From assembly GCA_966248825.1 (NCBI GenBank), contig CBINBC010000015.1:1-64000 (forward strand): DNA of 64,000 nt, in the 5' to 3' direction. The position numbers and the translations under genes are program-made. The notes beneath the pieces are model-generated. The model was not told where the DNA came from and did no database searches. It saw only the letters and a program-made list of their open reading frames with translations. The stretch's first letter is position 1. Every line of letters begins with the position of its first letter. The DNA is from an uncultured Fluviicola sp. (GTDB lineage: Bacteria; Bacteroidota; Bacteroidia; Flavobacteriales_D; Crocinitomicaceae). Shown here piece by piece: positions 10,096 through 21,700 of the stretch.

Positions 10096-10776
10096 CTATT
10101 CCGCCCACATACGAATCAGGTTGCTGTGTGTCTGCTGAAGTACGTTGGCAGGTTCTGAAACCAGGTCCTGTCTGCGGAGTTCGTCTATCACTTCCTGGAT
10201 ATCTGACAATACTTTACGCTGATCTGCGCTCTTCACCATACTTTGGATCCAGGTCACAGCTACTTTTCGTTCACCGCTAACGACTTCACGCACCTGGTGC
10301 AGTTGGGTACACGGATAGCAGACAGCATCTCCGGCGGCTAGTTTGTAAAGGACCGTTCCGGATGCCGTTTGAAGTTCCAGCTCCCCGCCTTCGTATTCTT
10401 CCGGATTGTTCAGGAAAATGGTCATTGCGATATCCGTACGCATCATATTTGCCATCAAAGGACTGTCTACATGCCAGCCATAAGTCATTCCTTCGCGGTA
10501 AGTACTAATCAGAAAGGGATAAATCGTTTTCAGCAGGACAGCATTTCGAAACTGCATATTTGCGTTAAGCGCCTGAAGCAGCACTTGCTGTACCATCCCG
10601 TATTCCGGGCACTGCATGTCCATTTGCAGGTTGTTCTTCACTTCACGGGCAGCTGCCGAAGCGGTTTTCTTGCCATCTTCAAAATTTGCACGGGAGCTGA
10701 AAGCATCGATTTGCTGGATTTGCTCTTTGGTAAGCAGTCCGGAAATAGTCAGGTAGGTATTTTGAATAGTCATCAT
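10096..10776 (-). CDS. Fe(II)/2-oxoglutarate-dependent PKHD-type hydroxylase (PiuC/YbiX family)
   Basis: Collinear with E. coli YbiX: VKNN, HVDSP…MRTD, GGELELQ, LAAGDAVCYP, LHQV and VAVTWIQSM (HxD…H facial triad). Confidence 0.85.
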   Translation of the reverse strand: MMTIQNTYLTISGLLTKEQIQQIDAFSSRANFEDGKKTASAAAREVKNNLQMDMQCPEYGMVQQVLLQALNANMQFRNAVLLKTIYPFLISTYREGMTYGWHVDSPLMANMMRTDIAMTIFLNNPEEYEGGELELQTASGTVLYKLAAGDAVCYPCTQLHQVREVVSGERKVAVTWIQSMVKSADQRKVLSDIQEVIDELRRQDLVSEPANVLQQTHSNLIRMWAE

Positions 10777-10970
10777 GTTGGTTTATTTAAACGGTTAAGA
10801 GCTTTTTCTATGAGAACTCTTCACAGCACGAAAATAACCTTCAGAAATGAAAAAACCTACTTATTTTGAAAAGCAAAGCTGTTAAAGATCCTTTGGCTCA
10901 AAACCAAGAAAAGGAGTTCCATCATTTGACAAACTCCTTCTTCTAATTCGGATTTACTAATGTTATGCTA

Positions 10971-12827
10971 TTATTCTTTAATCACTTTTGAATGAACGTA
11001 ACGCGTTCCGTTCTTAATGTATAACTGGTACATTCCTCCCGGTAGATCGTGAATATCAAACATCCATTGTGATGATCCTGCCTGCGCTTTCCATTCTTTG
11101 AGTGAGATTTTTTTTCCGGATTGATCAACGAGGAAGATTTCGCTGATTTCCTGGAACGGCAAACTCACATTCAGGAATAACTGATCCGATGCCGGATTAG
11201 GGAAAAGATTCAAAATAACCGGCACATCTTCGTTCAAACCTGCTGTACTTGGTGGAACGTAAGGATAATACGGACAATTCGGAAGCTGGAATCCCTGGAT
11301 ATTATTCCGTGGAAGACTTGCTGCGTTCACCGATGTAAGATTCCGCGATAAATGAGTGGTTTTAAATGAAGCCGCATAAGAGAACCCCGTATTCCGGCTG
11401 TCGATTGTATTTACATAGTACCAGTCTGCCTGTGCTCTAACTTTATTGACATCCAGCATAACAAATCCATGAGCCGATAATTCTGCATATTTGATGTGTG
11501 AATTCGCCAGCATCAAAGCAGAGGCTCCACCCGGGATATTCATTCCCGGAGAGGTAACACTTGGAGCCACAAATTCCACTCCTGCAGAGCCGCTTCCCGT
11601 TGAACCATTATAACTAGCTGTTGGAATATCGTTCGCCCAGGAAGAATGGATATCACCCGTAATCACTACCACATCCTTGATGTTGTATGTCAGGATGTGA
11701 TTAAGTACCCGGTTCCTCTCTGCCGGATATCCATCCCATTGGTCACCATTTAATGCTGCTCCGAATAAAGTGAGCGGGGCAATCATTACCTGCTGCCCAA
11801 TAATTTTCCATTGCTGTGTACTTTGTGAAAGTCTGTTTCCTAACCAGGAAAACTGATCTGTTCCCAATAATTGTCTTGTTGAAGCTGTTACAGTGCTTCC
11901 GCTGGTACCGGCTTGCACATCACGACCATGCAGGCGTGTATCCAGCATGACCAGGTCTACCAAATCTCCGTATTTAATCTCTCTGAAAATCTGGTAGGGA
12001 TCCGTAGTTCCGGTAACACGAATTGGAAGCCATTCGAAATAAGCTTGTTTAGCAGCAGCTTTACGCGCAGTAAAACTCCCTTCATTTGCCTGGTGGTTCT
12101 CAGCTCCATTCATCCATGCATCATTCGCAGTTTCGTGATCATCCCAAACAACAATCATCGGGAATTGCTGGTGCAGCTCACGCAAATCATCGTCCAGGCG
12201 GTAAGTAGAGTAACGTGCTCTGTAATCGGATAAAGAAAGGATTTCGGTTGCCGGCTCCCACTGCCTGTTTACAGACGGATTCGGAGAATACCCTCCAGAT
12301 TCATACTCATAAATGTAATCTCCCAAACAAATAACCGCGTCAAAATCATTGCGTTCCCTTAAGGCACCAAATACATTAAAATATCCCGCTTCAAAATTTG
12401 CACAGGAAACCACCGCAAAACGCAAACTGTCGCAATCCCCCGAAGGAGCTGTTCTTGTGCGGCCGATGACACTTTCCAGTGTATCCGATTTAAACTGGTA
12501 ATAATAAGTGGTATTTGCTTCCAATCCCGAAGGATCCACTTTTACAGTATAATCCTTGGCCTGGTCTGTCAATACAACGCCACTTTGCAAGCCGATAGTA
12601 AAAGAAGTATCTTTTGCGATCTTCCACTCAACTATTTGAGGTGTATTTACTCCGTTATCCGGAGTTATCCGTGTCCATAGAATAACCCGATCTGATAACG
12701 GGTCTCCGGAGGCAACTCCGTGGTAAAAAGGTTTCAGACAGGCGTTCACCGATTTAGGAGTATGCTGCCCCAATCCGGTAAAAGAGAGTGTTGAAAGGGT
12801 CAAACAAAGAGATACCAGCTTTTTCAT
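10971..12827 (-). CDS. phoD: PhoD-like alkaline phosphatase/phosphodiesterase with T9SS C-terminal sorting domain
   Basis: Signal peptide. PhoD N-domain (GVASGDPLSDRVILWTRI) and metallophosphatase core (VVSCANFEAGYF…CLGDYIYEY…VWDDHE). C-terminal Por/T9SS CTD (LNLFPNPASDQLFLNV…YQLYIKNG). Confidence 0.85.
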   Translation of the reverse strand: MKKLVSLCLTLSTLSFTGLGQHTPKSVNACLKPFYHGVASGDPLSDRVILWTRITPDNGVNTPQIVEWKIAKDTSFTIGLQSGVVLTDQAKDYTVKVDPSGLEANTTYYYQFKSDTLESVIGRTRTAPSGDCDSLRFAVVSCANFEAGYFNVFGALRERNDFDAVICLGDYIYEYESGGYSPNPSVNRQWEPATEILSLSDYRARYSTYRLDDDLRELHQQFPMIVVWDDHETANDAWMNGAENHQANEGSFTARKAAAKQAYFEWLPIRVTGTTDPYQIFREIKYGDLVDLVMLDTRLHGRDVQAGTSGSTVTASTRQLLGTDQFSWLGNRLSQSTQQWKIIGQQVMIAPLTLFGAALNGDQWDGYPAERNRVLNHILTYNIKDVVVITGDIHSSWANDIPTASYNGSTGSGSAGVEFVAPSVTSPGMNIPGGASALMLANSHIKYAELSAHGFVMLDVNKVRAQADWYYVNTIDSRNTGFSYAASFKTTHLSRNLTSVNAASLPRNNIQGFQLPNCPYYPYVPPSTAGLNEDVPVILNLFPNPASDQLFLNVSLPFQEISEIFLVDQSGKKISLKEWKAQAGSSQWMFDIHDLPGGMYQLYIKNGTRYVHSKVIKE

Positions 12828-14398
12828 TAGTTTTTGATTATCTTTTTAACGATTGAATTTCCTCCCTGCTCCATGAATAATTGGTACGTTCCGGAAGACA
12901 AATGCTCTATGGAAATTGCAGTTGGCTCTGAAGAAAGAGAATGTGTATCGGAATAAACCGTTCTTCCCGAAAGGTCAATCAAACGGATCTCCGCATTCTC
13001 GATGAATGTACTGGTTGTCAATTGGATTTCATGTGTTGCCGGGTTCGGGAAAATATCCAATTTAATATTGGTAGACAATTCCATTACGGATAATTCACTG
13101 CAACCCAGGAAGTATGTTCCGTTTCCGGCAGAACCGTTTCCAGTTCCGGCAGACAACAAAGTTGTAGGCGTTATTACAGCTGCTGAGCAAATCGGAACGA
13201 AAACCTTTATACGTCCGCCGCCTCCGGCACCACCGCTTTGTCCGGGATTTCCATTGTTTGAAGTCAATGACTGCGAACCGCAAAAAGTAGCTGAATAACT
13301 ACAAGAAACACCATTTCCGCGTACTCCGCCGTCACCTCCATTTCCACCTTTTACGGAAAGAGTCCCTGTAATTGACGCATACGTATCTGCAAACAAAAGA
13401 ATTCCACCACCGGAACCACCACCGGCACCACCAGCTCCTCCAGCTCCGGTTGAAAGTGTTGCTTCACCACAATCGTCACATCCATCCGAACAGCATTTAG
13501 GTGTTGCTCCACCATTTCCGCCGTCTCCACCGGCCTCACCATCTTCGCCATTGACAGAAATTGTTCCTGCTACTATCAGGTTTGTTGAAGCACGTAAAAT
13601 AACAGAACCACCACCTGTTCCTCCGTTTCCACCGCCAAGACCAATATCAAAAGATCTTCCGCCACCTCCGGCACCTGCTCCTCCAGATCCCAACTGAATA
13701 TCCATTCCCGACAGTGTTCCATATACTGTTCCCGCAGTTCCGCTTGCTCCGCCGGCCCCACCCTGAACCGGGTAAGCAGATGAAACACTTAGACCTGTTG
13801 CCACATAATCTGAAGTTCCGGCTCCGCCATTTCCGCCGACGCTTCCGGCTCCGCCGTAACCAGCACCTGAACCGGCTCCGCCACCGCCGGATCCCCCAAT
13901 CATTCCAGGTTCATCATCGTTACTTAAGCAAATTTGTTTTGGGCCGGAACCAATCCCTCCTCCTGTTGAGGCTCCAGCTGCTCCCGGACCTGTACCCGGC
14001 ATTCCGGATTCTCCTCCGCTTAGCTGTACCAATCCGGTATTGTCTTTATTCGAACATGCATTAATGGCCGTTTGATCACCTGTCAAACTGTTTACGGACT
14101 GACCGGGAGCACCACCTGTTCCTCCGGAATAACCTGAATAATCACCATTGATCGTTCCGTCAATGATTATTTCAGAAGCAATTATTTCCAAAGAACCGCA
14201 GGAATTGGTGCTATAAGCCTGAACAAAAACGGTTGTTCCTGCCGTTACCTGGAATTTACCGGTGATACGATATACCCCTGACATGAAGGTAGAACTACTC
14301 ACAATCATGTTACCTGAAACATCTGTGGTGTCACATTGAGCCGTTGCCAGTTGTGAAAACACAATACAAAGCCCTAAAAGGATTTTATTCTTAATCAT
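12827..14398 (-). CDS. Glycine-rich secreted protein (GGxGG repeats, beta-helix/beta-roll-like) with T9SS C-terminal domain
   Basis: Signal peptide MIKNKILLGLCIVFSQLATAQ. About 60% of the central 350 aa is Gly in GGAGG/GNGG repeats with paired Cys. C-terminus LDIFPNPATHEIQLTT…GTYQLFMEQ matches the T9SS CTD. Overlaps the phoD start by 1 nt. Confidence 0.7.
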   Translation of the reverse strand: MIKNKILLGLCIVFSQLATAQCDTTDVSGNMIVSSSTFMSGVYRITGKFQVTAGTTVFVQAYSTNSCGSLEIIASEIIIDGTINGDYSGYSGGTGGAPGQSVNSLTGDQTAINACSNKDNTGLVQLSGGESGMPGTGPGAAGASTGGGIGSGPKQICLSNDDEPGMIGGSGGGGAGSGAGYGGAGSVGGNGGAGTSDYVATGLSVSSAYPVQGGAGGASGTAGTVYGTLSGMDIQLGSGGAGAGGGGRSFDIGLGGGNGGTGGGSVILRASTNLIVAGTISVNGEDGEAGGDGGNGGATPKCCSDGCDDCGEATLSTGAGGAGGAGGGSGGGILLFADTYASITGTLSVKGGNGGDGGVRGNGVSCSYSATFCGSQSLTSNNGNPGQSGGAGGGGRIKVFVPICSAAVITPTTLLSAGTGNGSAGNGTYFLGCSELSVMELSTNIKLDIFPNPATHEIQLTTSTFIENAEIRLIDLSGRTVYSDTHSLSSEPTAISIEHLSSGTYQLFMEQGGNSIVKKIIKN

Positions 14399-14411
14399 TC
14401 TATAATCTGTT

Positions 14412-16763
14412 TTAGTGTAAAAACTTGAGAAAAACGGTGTGTTCCTGATCGCTTAGCCGCAAAAGATATGTTCCTGAAACGAACTTATCGGATTCAATCA
14501 GAATCAATTTATTGGAACTATTGGACACTTTTTCGGAATATATGAGCTGCCCCTGAATGGACCAGATTTCCATATTCAGATCCTCCCCGTTGAATCCGGA
14601 CCATTGCACAGGAATAAATTGATCATCTTGCCAGGCATTTGTCCAGACTTTAGGCATGGTGGTTGAAGGGTCAGAAATTCCCGCTGTTCCGGGACAAGCC
14701 GGTGAATTATCCAATTCCACGTAGAAAGTATCTACGATACATCCGTTGGTATCACTGGCCAAATACATGGTTGTATGCGTTACCAGAACAGCTAATGAAT
14801 CCGCAAGCACCTGGTTAGGATACCAGGATACTTCTCCCGGAAAAGATGGTTTCAGGTTCAGTATTTCGTTCGGACAAGCAATCAAATGCTCTGTTTTTCC
14901 CGCATTTTTGATAATGGAAAACTGATCTAAAACAGAACCTGTTGTTGAAACAAATTGTGCATCCAGCCTATTCTGATGGATTGTTAAGCTCAAGCTTCCC
15001 ATATTATCATGATCTGCATAACTGCAAACCGGATGTGGCCAGCCAGATGCCACCGAGCTTAATTTTCCCGAACATCCTACTACTGCATAAACTGTTCCCT
15101 GGTGCGCTTTCGTATAAGTTGTTTCTTTTTCATAAGGACAGTCGTCCAAACGACCGCCTGAGCCATCATCTTTAAGCATTTGCTGCGTTAAAGTTCCTGA
15201 AGTTCCATAATGAGAATCAATAAGGTAACTTCTCTCATAGGAATGGCTATGCCCGTTCAGAACCAAGTCCACTCCGTATTGTTCTAAAATAGGGAGAATA
15301 TTTTCCCGCATATCTTCGCATTCTCCATCAATGAAAATGGGATTATCCGAATCATGGCTTCCTTTGGTATAAGGTGGATGATGCCAGTAAGCGACAATCC
15401 ATTCCGCAGTCGTTTGCTGAAGATCGGAAATAAGCCATGCTGCCATTGGAGCAGTTGCCGAACGGTCTTCATCATAGCTGTCCAGCACTATAAAGTGGGT
15501 ATTTCCGTAATTGTAAGAATAGTATTTTTCTGTTCCGGAAGCAATTCCACCCGCCTCTCCATTGGTTGGCAGATTAAAAATATCGAAATATGCCGGAGAA
15601 GGTGAAAACGGAATATGGTTGTTGTAATCGTGATTCCCAAGAGCTGGCCAACAAACTGTCTTCGAAATTAAATCTGAATACATTTGGCTGAATAAAGCAG
15701 TTTGGTAACAACTTTGGTTTCCGTCATTGAGCCCGTTTCCATAGGCATTATCTCCCAGCATAATCCAACCGTCTACATGCCGGTTCTCATTATAGATAAG
15801 GTAACCGTCACGAACTGCCCGTTGATTTCCATCCGACATTCCAGCATCCCCGATTGCCCAAAAACGATAAACATCTCTTGCTCCTTCCGGCGGACTTGTT
15901 TTAAAATATTGACTATTACTGGCAGCGACCAATTCCTGGGAGGATGTTCCGATTGAATAATAATACTTTGTTTGCGGAAGCAAGCCGTTTATTTGAACTG
16001 TATGCTCCGTTGTGTATGGAAAAACAGAAGCAGACAAGTTCAGGTTGTTGGGATTGGTTCCATAGCGCACTTTAGAATCACAAGCAACATCTGTCTGCCA
16101 GCGAACAATCATGGAATTCGGAGTTCCCGAATTGAGGTAGGGTTCCCGTGTTACCTGTATTACCTGAGCATTTTGCGATCCGTTTAAAGAAAGATTAAAA
16201 CTGATGTCCGAACTGCTTGCTTCATCCTGGTGAATTTCAACAGCAATGAGATTATTCCCGTTATTTAAAAGTCCCGGGCTGAATGCAAAGTTATGATAGG
16301 TATCTTCGGATGTAAATGCTACAGTTGAAGAAGCGACTGTTTGGTATGAAATGGTTCCTCCGGGCATATTTGTCCGAAAGATTTCTGTTCCGTTCACATA
16401 AACAACAGCCCCGTCATCACGACGGATCGTTCCTAAAATTTCCTGGAACTGGGTAGGATTTGAAACGAAAAAAGTTTTTCGGAAGTAAGTAGTAATGTAC
16501 TTATTGCCGGAGCTAGGGCCGTAAGAAACAACGGTTTGTTCATCTCCGTCGCCATATCCCAACTCAGCCGGTCCGGCTAACCAGGAGTTGTCACTGTAAG
16601 CAGGATCTTTCCAGGAAGATCCCAGATCCGTTCCGGAATCATTGTATTTCCAGGTACTTCCCAACGGCAATAAGATTTGTCCTGCGGCAAGGAATTGGAA
16701 AGACACAAAAAGAAGTAGTAGAAGTAGATTTTTCATGATGTATTTCGCAATACAAAGGAACAA
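14412..16763 (-). CDS. Purple-acid-phosphatase-like metallophosphoesterase, T9SS cargo, with one N-terminal ~165-aa WKY…LGYGDGDE…TTYFRK module
   Basis: Metallophosphoesterase motifs GDAGMS, LGDNAYGNG, GNHDY and NGHSHSYERS. C-terminal T9SS CTD-like tail (…GTYLLRLSDQEHTVFLKFLH). The likely true start is MKNLLLLLLF at 16736. Confidence 0.8.
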   Translation of the reverse strand: MFLCIAKYIMKNLLLLLLFVSFQFLAAGQILLPLGSTWKYNDSGTDLGSSWKDPAYSDNSWLAGPAELGYGDGDEQTVVSYGPSSGNKYITTYFRKTFFVSNPTQFQEILGTIRRDDGAVVYVNGTEIFRTNMPGGTISYQTVASSTVAFTSEDTYHNFAFSPGLLNNGNNLIAVEIHQDEASSSDISFNLSLNGSQNAQVIQVTREPYLNSGTPNSMIVRWQTDVACDSKVRYGTNPNNLNLSASVFPYTTEHTVQINGLLPQTKYYYSIGTSSQELVAASNSQYFKTSPPEGARDVYRFWAIGDAGMSDGNQRAVRDGYLIYNENRHVDGWIMLGDNAYGNGLNDGNQSCYQTALFSQMYSDLISKTVCWPALGNHDYNNHIPFSPSPAYFDIFNLPTNGEAGGIASGTEKYYSYNYGNTHFIVLDSYDEDRSATAPMAAWLISDLQQTTAEWIVAYWHHPPYTKGSHDSDNPIFIDGECEDMRENILPILEQYGVDLVLNGHSHSYERSYLIDSHYGTSGTLTQQMLKDDGSGGRLDDCPYEKETTYTKAHQGTVYAVVGCSGKLSSVASGWPHPVCSYADHDNMGSLSLTIHQNRLDAQFVSTTGSVLDQFSIIKNAGKTEHLIACPNEILNLKPSFPGEVSWYPNQVLADSLAVLVTHTTMYLASDTNGCIVDTFYVELDNSPACPGTAGISDPSTTMPKVWTNAWQDDQFIPVQWSGFNGEDLNMEIWSIQGQLIYSEKVSNSSNKLILIESDKFVSGTYLLRLSDQEHTVFLKFLH

Positions 16764-16857
16764 TGAAGCTTTAAACGGATTATTTTCAGCCTGTTAAATA
16801 ATTAACCTCAAATGCAAACCCTATGTTAAATTTAATACCACTCAAAGTTATGCACTC

Positions 16858-18756
16858 CTAGTACTTGCCTCCCCACACACGTGAGTTTAAACTTACGGGA
16901 AATTCGAAGGAAGGCAGTTTAAAAGGACGCTGAACCAATCCGGAAGTATCCGTCAACGACTTCAAAAAAAGAATGATATCTTCCTGCTCGTAATCACTAA
17001 GCTGTAAAGAATCAAAAGGAAGTGTCTGGTTCGGTACCGGGTACTCAAATCCTTCGCCTCCCCCTTTCTGATAAAATTGAAGGACCTGTTTCAAATCAGA
17101 ATAAACTCCATGATGCATATAAGGAGCTGTCAACTCACTGTTACGTATAGTTGGCGTTTTAAAGGCATACATCTGTTTGGAAACTTTGGTTACTTCATAC
17201 CGGCCTTTGTCCTGGTCCAAAGATTTGTTTTCACTGGTTGCAGGAGCCCCCAAAATCTCATATTCCGAATCCATGAAATAAGGCGGGACAGTTCCGTTAA
17301 AAAGCGGGAAGAAATGACAGGAGCCACACAATGCTTTTCCTGCAAATAAGTTATAACCGTTGATTTCACGTTGTGTCAGGGAGTTTCGTTCTCCTGCCAG
17401 GTACTTATCAAAACGGCTGTTCATCGATATTAATGTTTTCTCATATTCCGCGATAGCCTTTTGGATTGCATATTCGGAAATAGCAGCGTCTTTTTTGGTT
17501 GTAAATGCTTCTTTAAATAACTTTTTGTATTCTTCGCTTCCTCTTAATTTCAAAACAACATCGGAAAGTTTTGCTCCCATTTCGTGTTCGTTGTGAACCA
17601 CATCCCGGATCTGCTGTTCCAATTGATACGCTTTTCCGTCATAAAAAAAGGCTTTTTGAAAAACAGCATCAATCAAAGTGGGAGCATTTCGCTGTACGGA
17701 ACCTTCCATGTTAAAAGCCATACTGGTTTTCAATCCATCTGTAAATGCCTTATCCGGCCGATGGCAGCTGCTACAGGCGCGCTCATTGTTTGCTGAAAGA
17801 ACAGGATCATAGAAAAGCAATTTACCAAGTGCGGCCTGCTTCTCTAAATTTGATTCGTCGGAATAATAAATGGAAAAAAATTGGGGATTTAAAGATTCCT
17901 TTGAAAATAAACGTTCGGAATCCAAGCGAAGTGCCTGCTTGTGATCAGACCAGGGAAGGCCTAAATCCCGATGGAGTAGTACCAGGCCCCGATTAATTTT
18001 TTCAATATGGAAGGTGATAAAATCGAGCCTGTTGAAACGGTCAAAATCCGGGTTCTTTCGAAGTACTTTCTGTGCCTTTTGAATCTCTTCGTACAACGAC
18101 TGAAATCGTTTTTTCAAGGTTCCTTTTGTTCCGAATTTCAATCGGAAAGATTTAATTATCTGTAACAGGGAGGAAAGGTTTTCATCTACCTCCACCAGGT
18201 TTGTCTTGGTAAACGTAGCATCATAGCCATTCAGATTCATCGCTGCAATCCTTACTAACTGTAATTGAAGCATTTCCAGGTAAACATAATCGTTTAGAGA
18301 TATTGTTTGGTATGCGTTTTTCAATTCCTGGAAAACCATCATTAAGTCAAGCAGTTCTTTTTCCAAAGCTGCCGGATCGATCTCGTCTCCCGAAAACAAA
18401 ATTTCTTCCACACGCTGAAGACCACACGGATCAACAATAAACCCTTCTTCGTATTCCGAAAACTTGGGAACCAAGGCCCCGTTAATCTGATATTTAGCCT
18501 GGATCGGAGAGACGTGCTCTACAAAGAATTCAATGTGTTTGTAATGTATCCTTACCTTAAAATAATGTTCCTTCGATTTCACCGAATCCGTTCTATCGAT
18601 GTAAAAATCCTTCAATTCATTGATCACCTGTTCCAACTCCTGCAATACATACTGATTGAAGCCCTGATGCGTTATTACAGCAGACGAATTTTCCCGCGTA
18701 CTCATCAATGAACCAACCGCAACAAGAAGTACAAGCAAAAAGACCGAAAGACGCAT
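16858..18756 (-). CDS. Di-heme cytochrome c peroxidase (CCP/MauG family) with ~300-aa N-terminal extension
   Basis: Two CxxCH motifs (ACSSCHR, LCGSCHF) and a CCP signature (PYMHHGVYSDL), plus a signal peptide. The N-terminal 300 aa has no recognisable motif. Confidence 0.85.
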   Translation of the reverse strand: MRLSVFLLVLLVAVGSLMSTRENSSAVITHQGFNQYVLQELEQVINELKDFYIDRTDSVKSKEHYFKVRIHYKHIEFFVEHVSPIQAKYQINGALVPKFSEYEEGFIVDPCGLQRVEEILFSGDEIDPAALEKELLDLMMVFQELKNAYQTISLNDYVYLEMLQLQLVRIAAMNLNGYDATFTKTNLVEVDENLSSLLQIIKSFRLKFGTKGTLKKRFQSLYEEIQKAQKVLRKNPDFDRFNRLDFITFHIEKINRGLVLLHRDLGLPWSDHKQALRLDSERLFSKESLNPQFFSIYYSDESNLEKQAALGKLLFYDPVLSANNERACSSCHRPDKAFTDGLKTSMAFNMEGSVQRNAPTLIDAVFQKAFFYDGKAYQLEQQIRDVVHNEHEMGAKLSDVVLKLRGSEEYKKLFKEAFTTKKDAAISEYAIQKAIAEYEKTLISMNSRFDKYLAGERNSLTQREINGYNLFAGKALCGSCHFFPLFNGTVPPYFMDSEYEILGAPATSENKSLDQDKGRYEVTKVSKQMYAFKTPTIRNSELTAPYMHHGVYSDLKQVLQFYQKGGGEGFEYPVPNQTLPFDSLQLSDYEQEDIILFLKSLTDTSGLVQRPFKLPSFEFPVSLNSRVWGGKY

Positions 18757-18774
18757 AGCCGAACCGGAAACTTT

Positions 18775-21700
18775 TTAGTTAAAGCAAATCTTTACTCGTT
18801 TTTCAATTCCGTTTACATGCAGTATCAGGTTGTAGACTCCTTTGCTTAGGTTCATTTCCCGGGCATTCAACTCAAATTCATGAATTCCGGAAGATAATTG
18901 TGTAAACCGGACCAGTGAAGCAACATTCCCAAGTATATTGACTACTTCAGCATCCAGCGAAAAATCCTGTCCGGACTCCAAACGAATAATTGTTCTTTCT
19001 TTTGCCGGGTTCGGATATACCTTAACAGCAACTCCACTTACGGATTCCGAGATTCCATTCGTCTGATCCTGTGTAACGGAAGTATATGAAGTGTCGCTTG
19101 AGGAACAGCCGTTTGAATCAGTAAAGGAATAAATAATCTCGTATGGACCACCAACTCCCGCAACAGACGGATCAAAACCCGAACCGGTAATTCCCGTACC
19201 GCTGAAAGTTCCTCCGGAAGGAACACCAGTCAATAGCGAAGTCGGATCGTTTTCTACATAGGAAAGGTTTAACCCTGAGAAACTGACAACCGGCAAAGCA
19301 TATATTTGTATCGGATCTGCCAATTCTTCCGTCAAAGACGGGTTAGAAGCAACTACACGTAACAAATAACCTACTCCAGTCGCCAAATTTGAAGGAATGA
19401 ACGAATTGAAGATTCCGGATGAAGTACCTGTCTGGGTTTCCAAAACGACCGGATTTGAGAAACTTCCCACTGCATCACTCAATTGCAATTCAAAGCTATT
19501 ACCCGGATCAAATGTTCCCTGGGTAATGTAAGGTACCTGAATTTCATCGCCCACACAATAAGCATCGATTGCCAAAGAAGGGAGCTGAACTCCCGGTTGG
19601 ATCGGCATTACAATTACAGAATTGGTATCTGCATTGTAACAGGCATTCAAATCGGAATATTCATAAACGATCGTGTGTGTACCAACCCCAGCAGCAACCG
19701 GACTAAAAACAGCTGCATTTACTCCAGGACCTGAGAAGTTCCCTCCCGCAGGAACACCAACCAGGTTTACATTCGGATCATTTGCAAAGTAACTCGCATT
19801 CAATCCTGTAAAACTAACCGCCGGAAGCTCATTCACCTGAATTCCGGTCAATACCGTTTCAGATATAACAGGATGCTCTGTCAAAATTCGAAGGGAATAA
19901 GAACCGCCAGTCAAACCAGATGGAATAAGTGCGGAAAAAGTACCTGCCTGATTTCCTGCAATCGTATCCAATGAAATTGGTGCGGCAAACGAACCATTCT
20001 CGTCACTCAGTTCCATGCGGTATTGATTATCCGGATGAAAATATCCGTTTATCGTATATGAAACCTGCATTTCACTTCCCACACAATAGTTCATGGTTGA
20101 AGGTGTCGAAATACTAAGTGTCGGTTGAATCACCTGAACAAAAATACTGTCCGATACACATTGGTACTGGTCACTAACAGAAATCATCTGGGAAGTCTCC
20201 GGTGAAACTGAAATACTTCTACTTGTTTCTCCGTTAACCGACCAAAGGTAATCCCCAACCCATGAAGCATTCAGCTGTGTCGTATCACCGTAAAGAATGG
20301 TTACCGTATCACGTTTATTTGCGTGTTTGATAATTGTAAAGTTATCCCGAATGACTCCATCTGCACAAAGCCATTTAGCATCTAATCGATTAGCATCAAA
20401 CTCCAGAATCAACGAGCCTCCATCCGTAGAATTTGCATAAGGTAAAGCGTCGTGCGGGTAACCGGCCTGAGTTCCTCCCAATTTTCCGGAAGCACCGCTC
20501 AGCACATAAACGGTTCCTTCAAGGGTCTGATTCGTTGAATCTTTGACATAAGTACAGGAATTCGGAGATCCGTCATACTTGCCCGAACTTTGGCTCAGAT
20601 TATGAATTGCAGGATTAAAAGTAGATTCGTTTCCATAATGTCCAAGCATCAGTTTTGAACGTTCATAATCATGACTATGTCCACACAGGATTAAATCCAC
20701 CCCTTCCCGTTCCAGGATACGGATAAAATTTTGACGAATATTTATTAGTTCACTTTCCGTATCGGAATTATGAGATCCTTTTGTATATGGCGCATGGTGC
20801 CAGTAAGCGACTATCCATGGTTTTGTATTTAGTGCCAAATCTGCTTTAATCCATTGTACCTGCGCACCAAGGGTGTCGTATAAACGGGTTGCATTGTCTT
20901 CCTTTCCATAGGAATCCAAAGCAAGGAAATGCACATTTCCATAATCGTATGAATAGAATGCTTCAGTGCCGGAAGGAACACCTCCTGCTTCTGCATTTAC
21001 AGGCAAATCAAAAATGTCGAAGTAAGGAACTGCATGATCATTCTGCCGTGACCCGCTATTTGCATAGTCATGATTTCCCGGCACAGGCCACAGAGGAGTG
21101 TTACGCATCAAGTTCGATTGGTAGATATCAAAGAAATTGGATGAATATTCCGATTCCGTTCCACTGTTATAGGCATTATCTCCGAGTAATAACCACCCAT
21201 TGGCAGATTTACCATTCATGTATTCCATATAACGGTCGCGAACATTTCTCTGGTGTGTCGTATTTGTACCACAATCTCCACTAACCCAAAAAGTATATTT
21301 GCCTTCCGTCCCGCTTACCGGCGCAGTCGTAACATAGTTATTGGTGTCTCCCTGGATCACTCCAACTGTACTTCCTATTGAATAATAGTACTTGGTATTC
21401 GGAAGTAATCCTGAAATAGTCACAATATGATCTGTCGTTGGAGCCGGAAGGATGATCTCCTGGTCGAGCAATGAGGAACTTGTTCCATATTGAACTTTTG
21501 TATCGATAGTCACATCTGTTTTCCAGTGCAAAATAACCGAATTTTCTGTCAATGATTGAATATACGGACCCCTGGTCAGGGTTGCCCCTCCGGGTACGGG
21601 TGCCAAAGCAATCACTTCCATATCAAAGCTTAAATCACTGCTTGTTCCGTTGTTTTGATGTATTTCAACCGCTATGGTATTTGTTCCTGAAACGAAAGCA

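Noticed and set aside
13300-14000. Short GGn-rich nucleotide periodicity reminiscent of a repeat array
   Set aside because: It is the coding sequence of the Gly-rich protein (GGAGG repeats). Unit lengths are irregular and in-frame, with no spacer or repeat structure of a CRISPR array.
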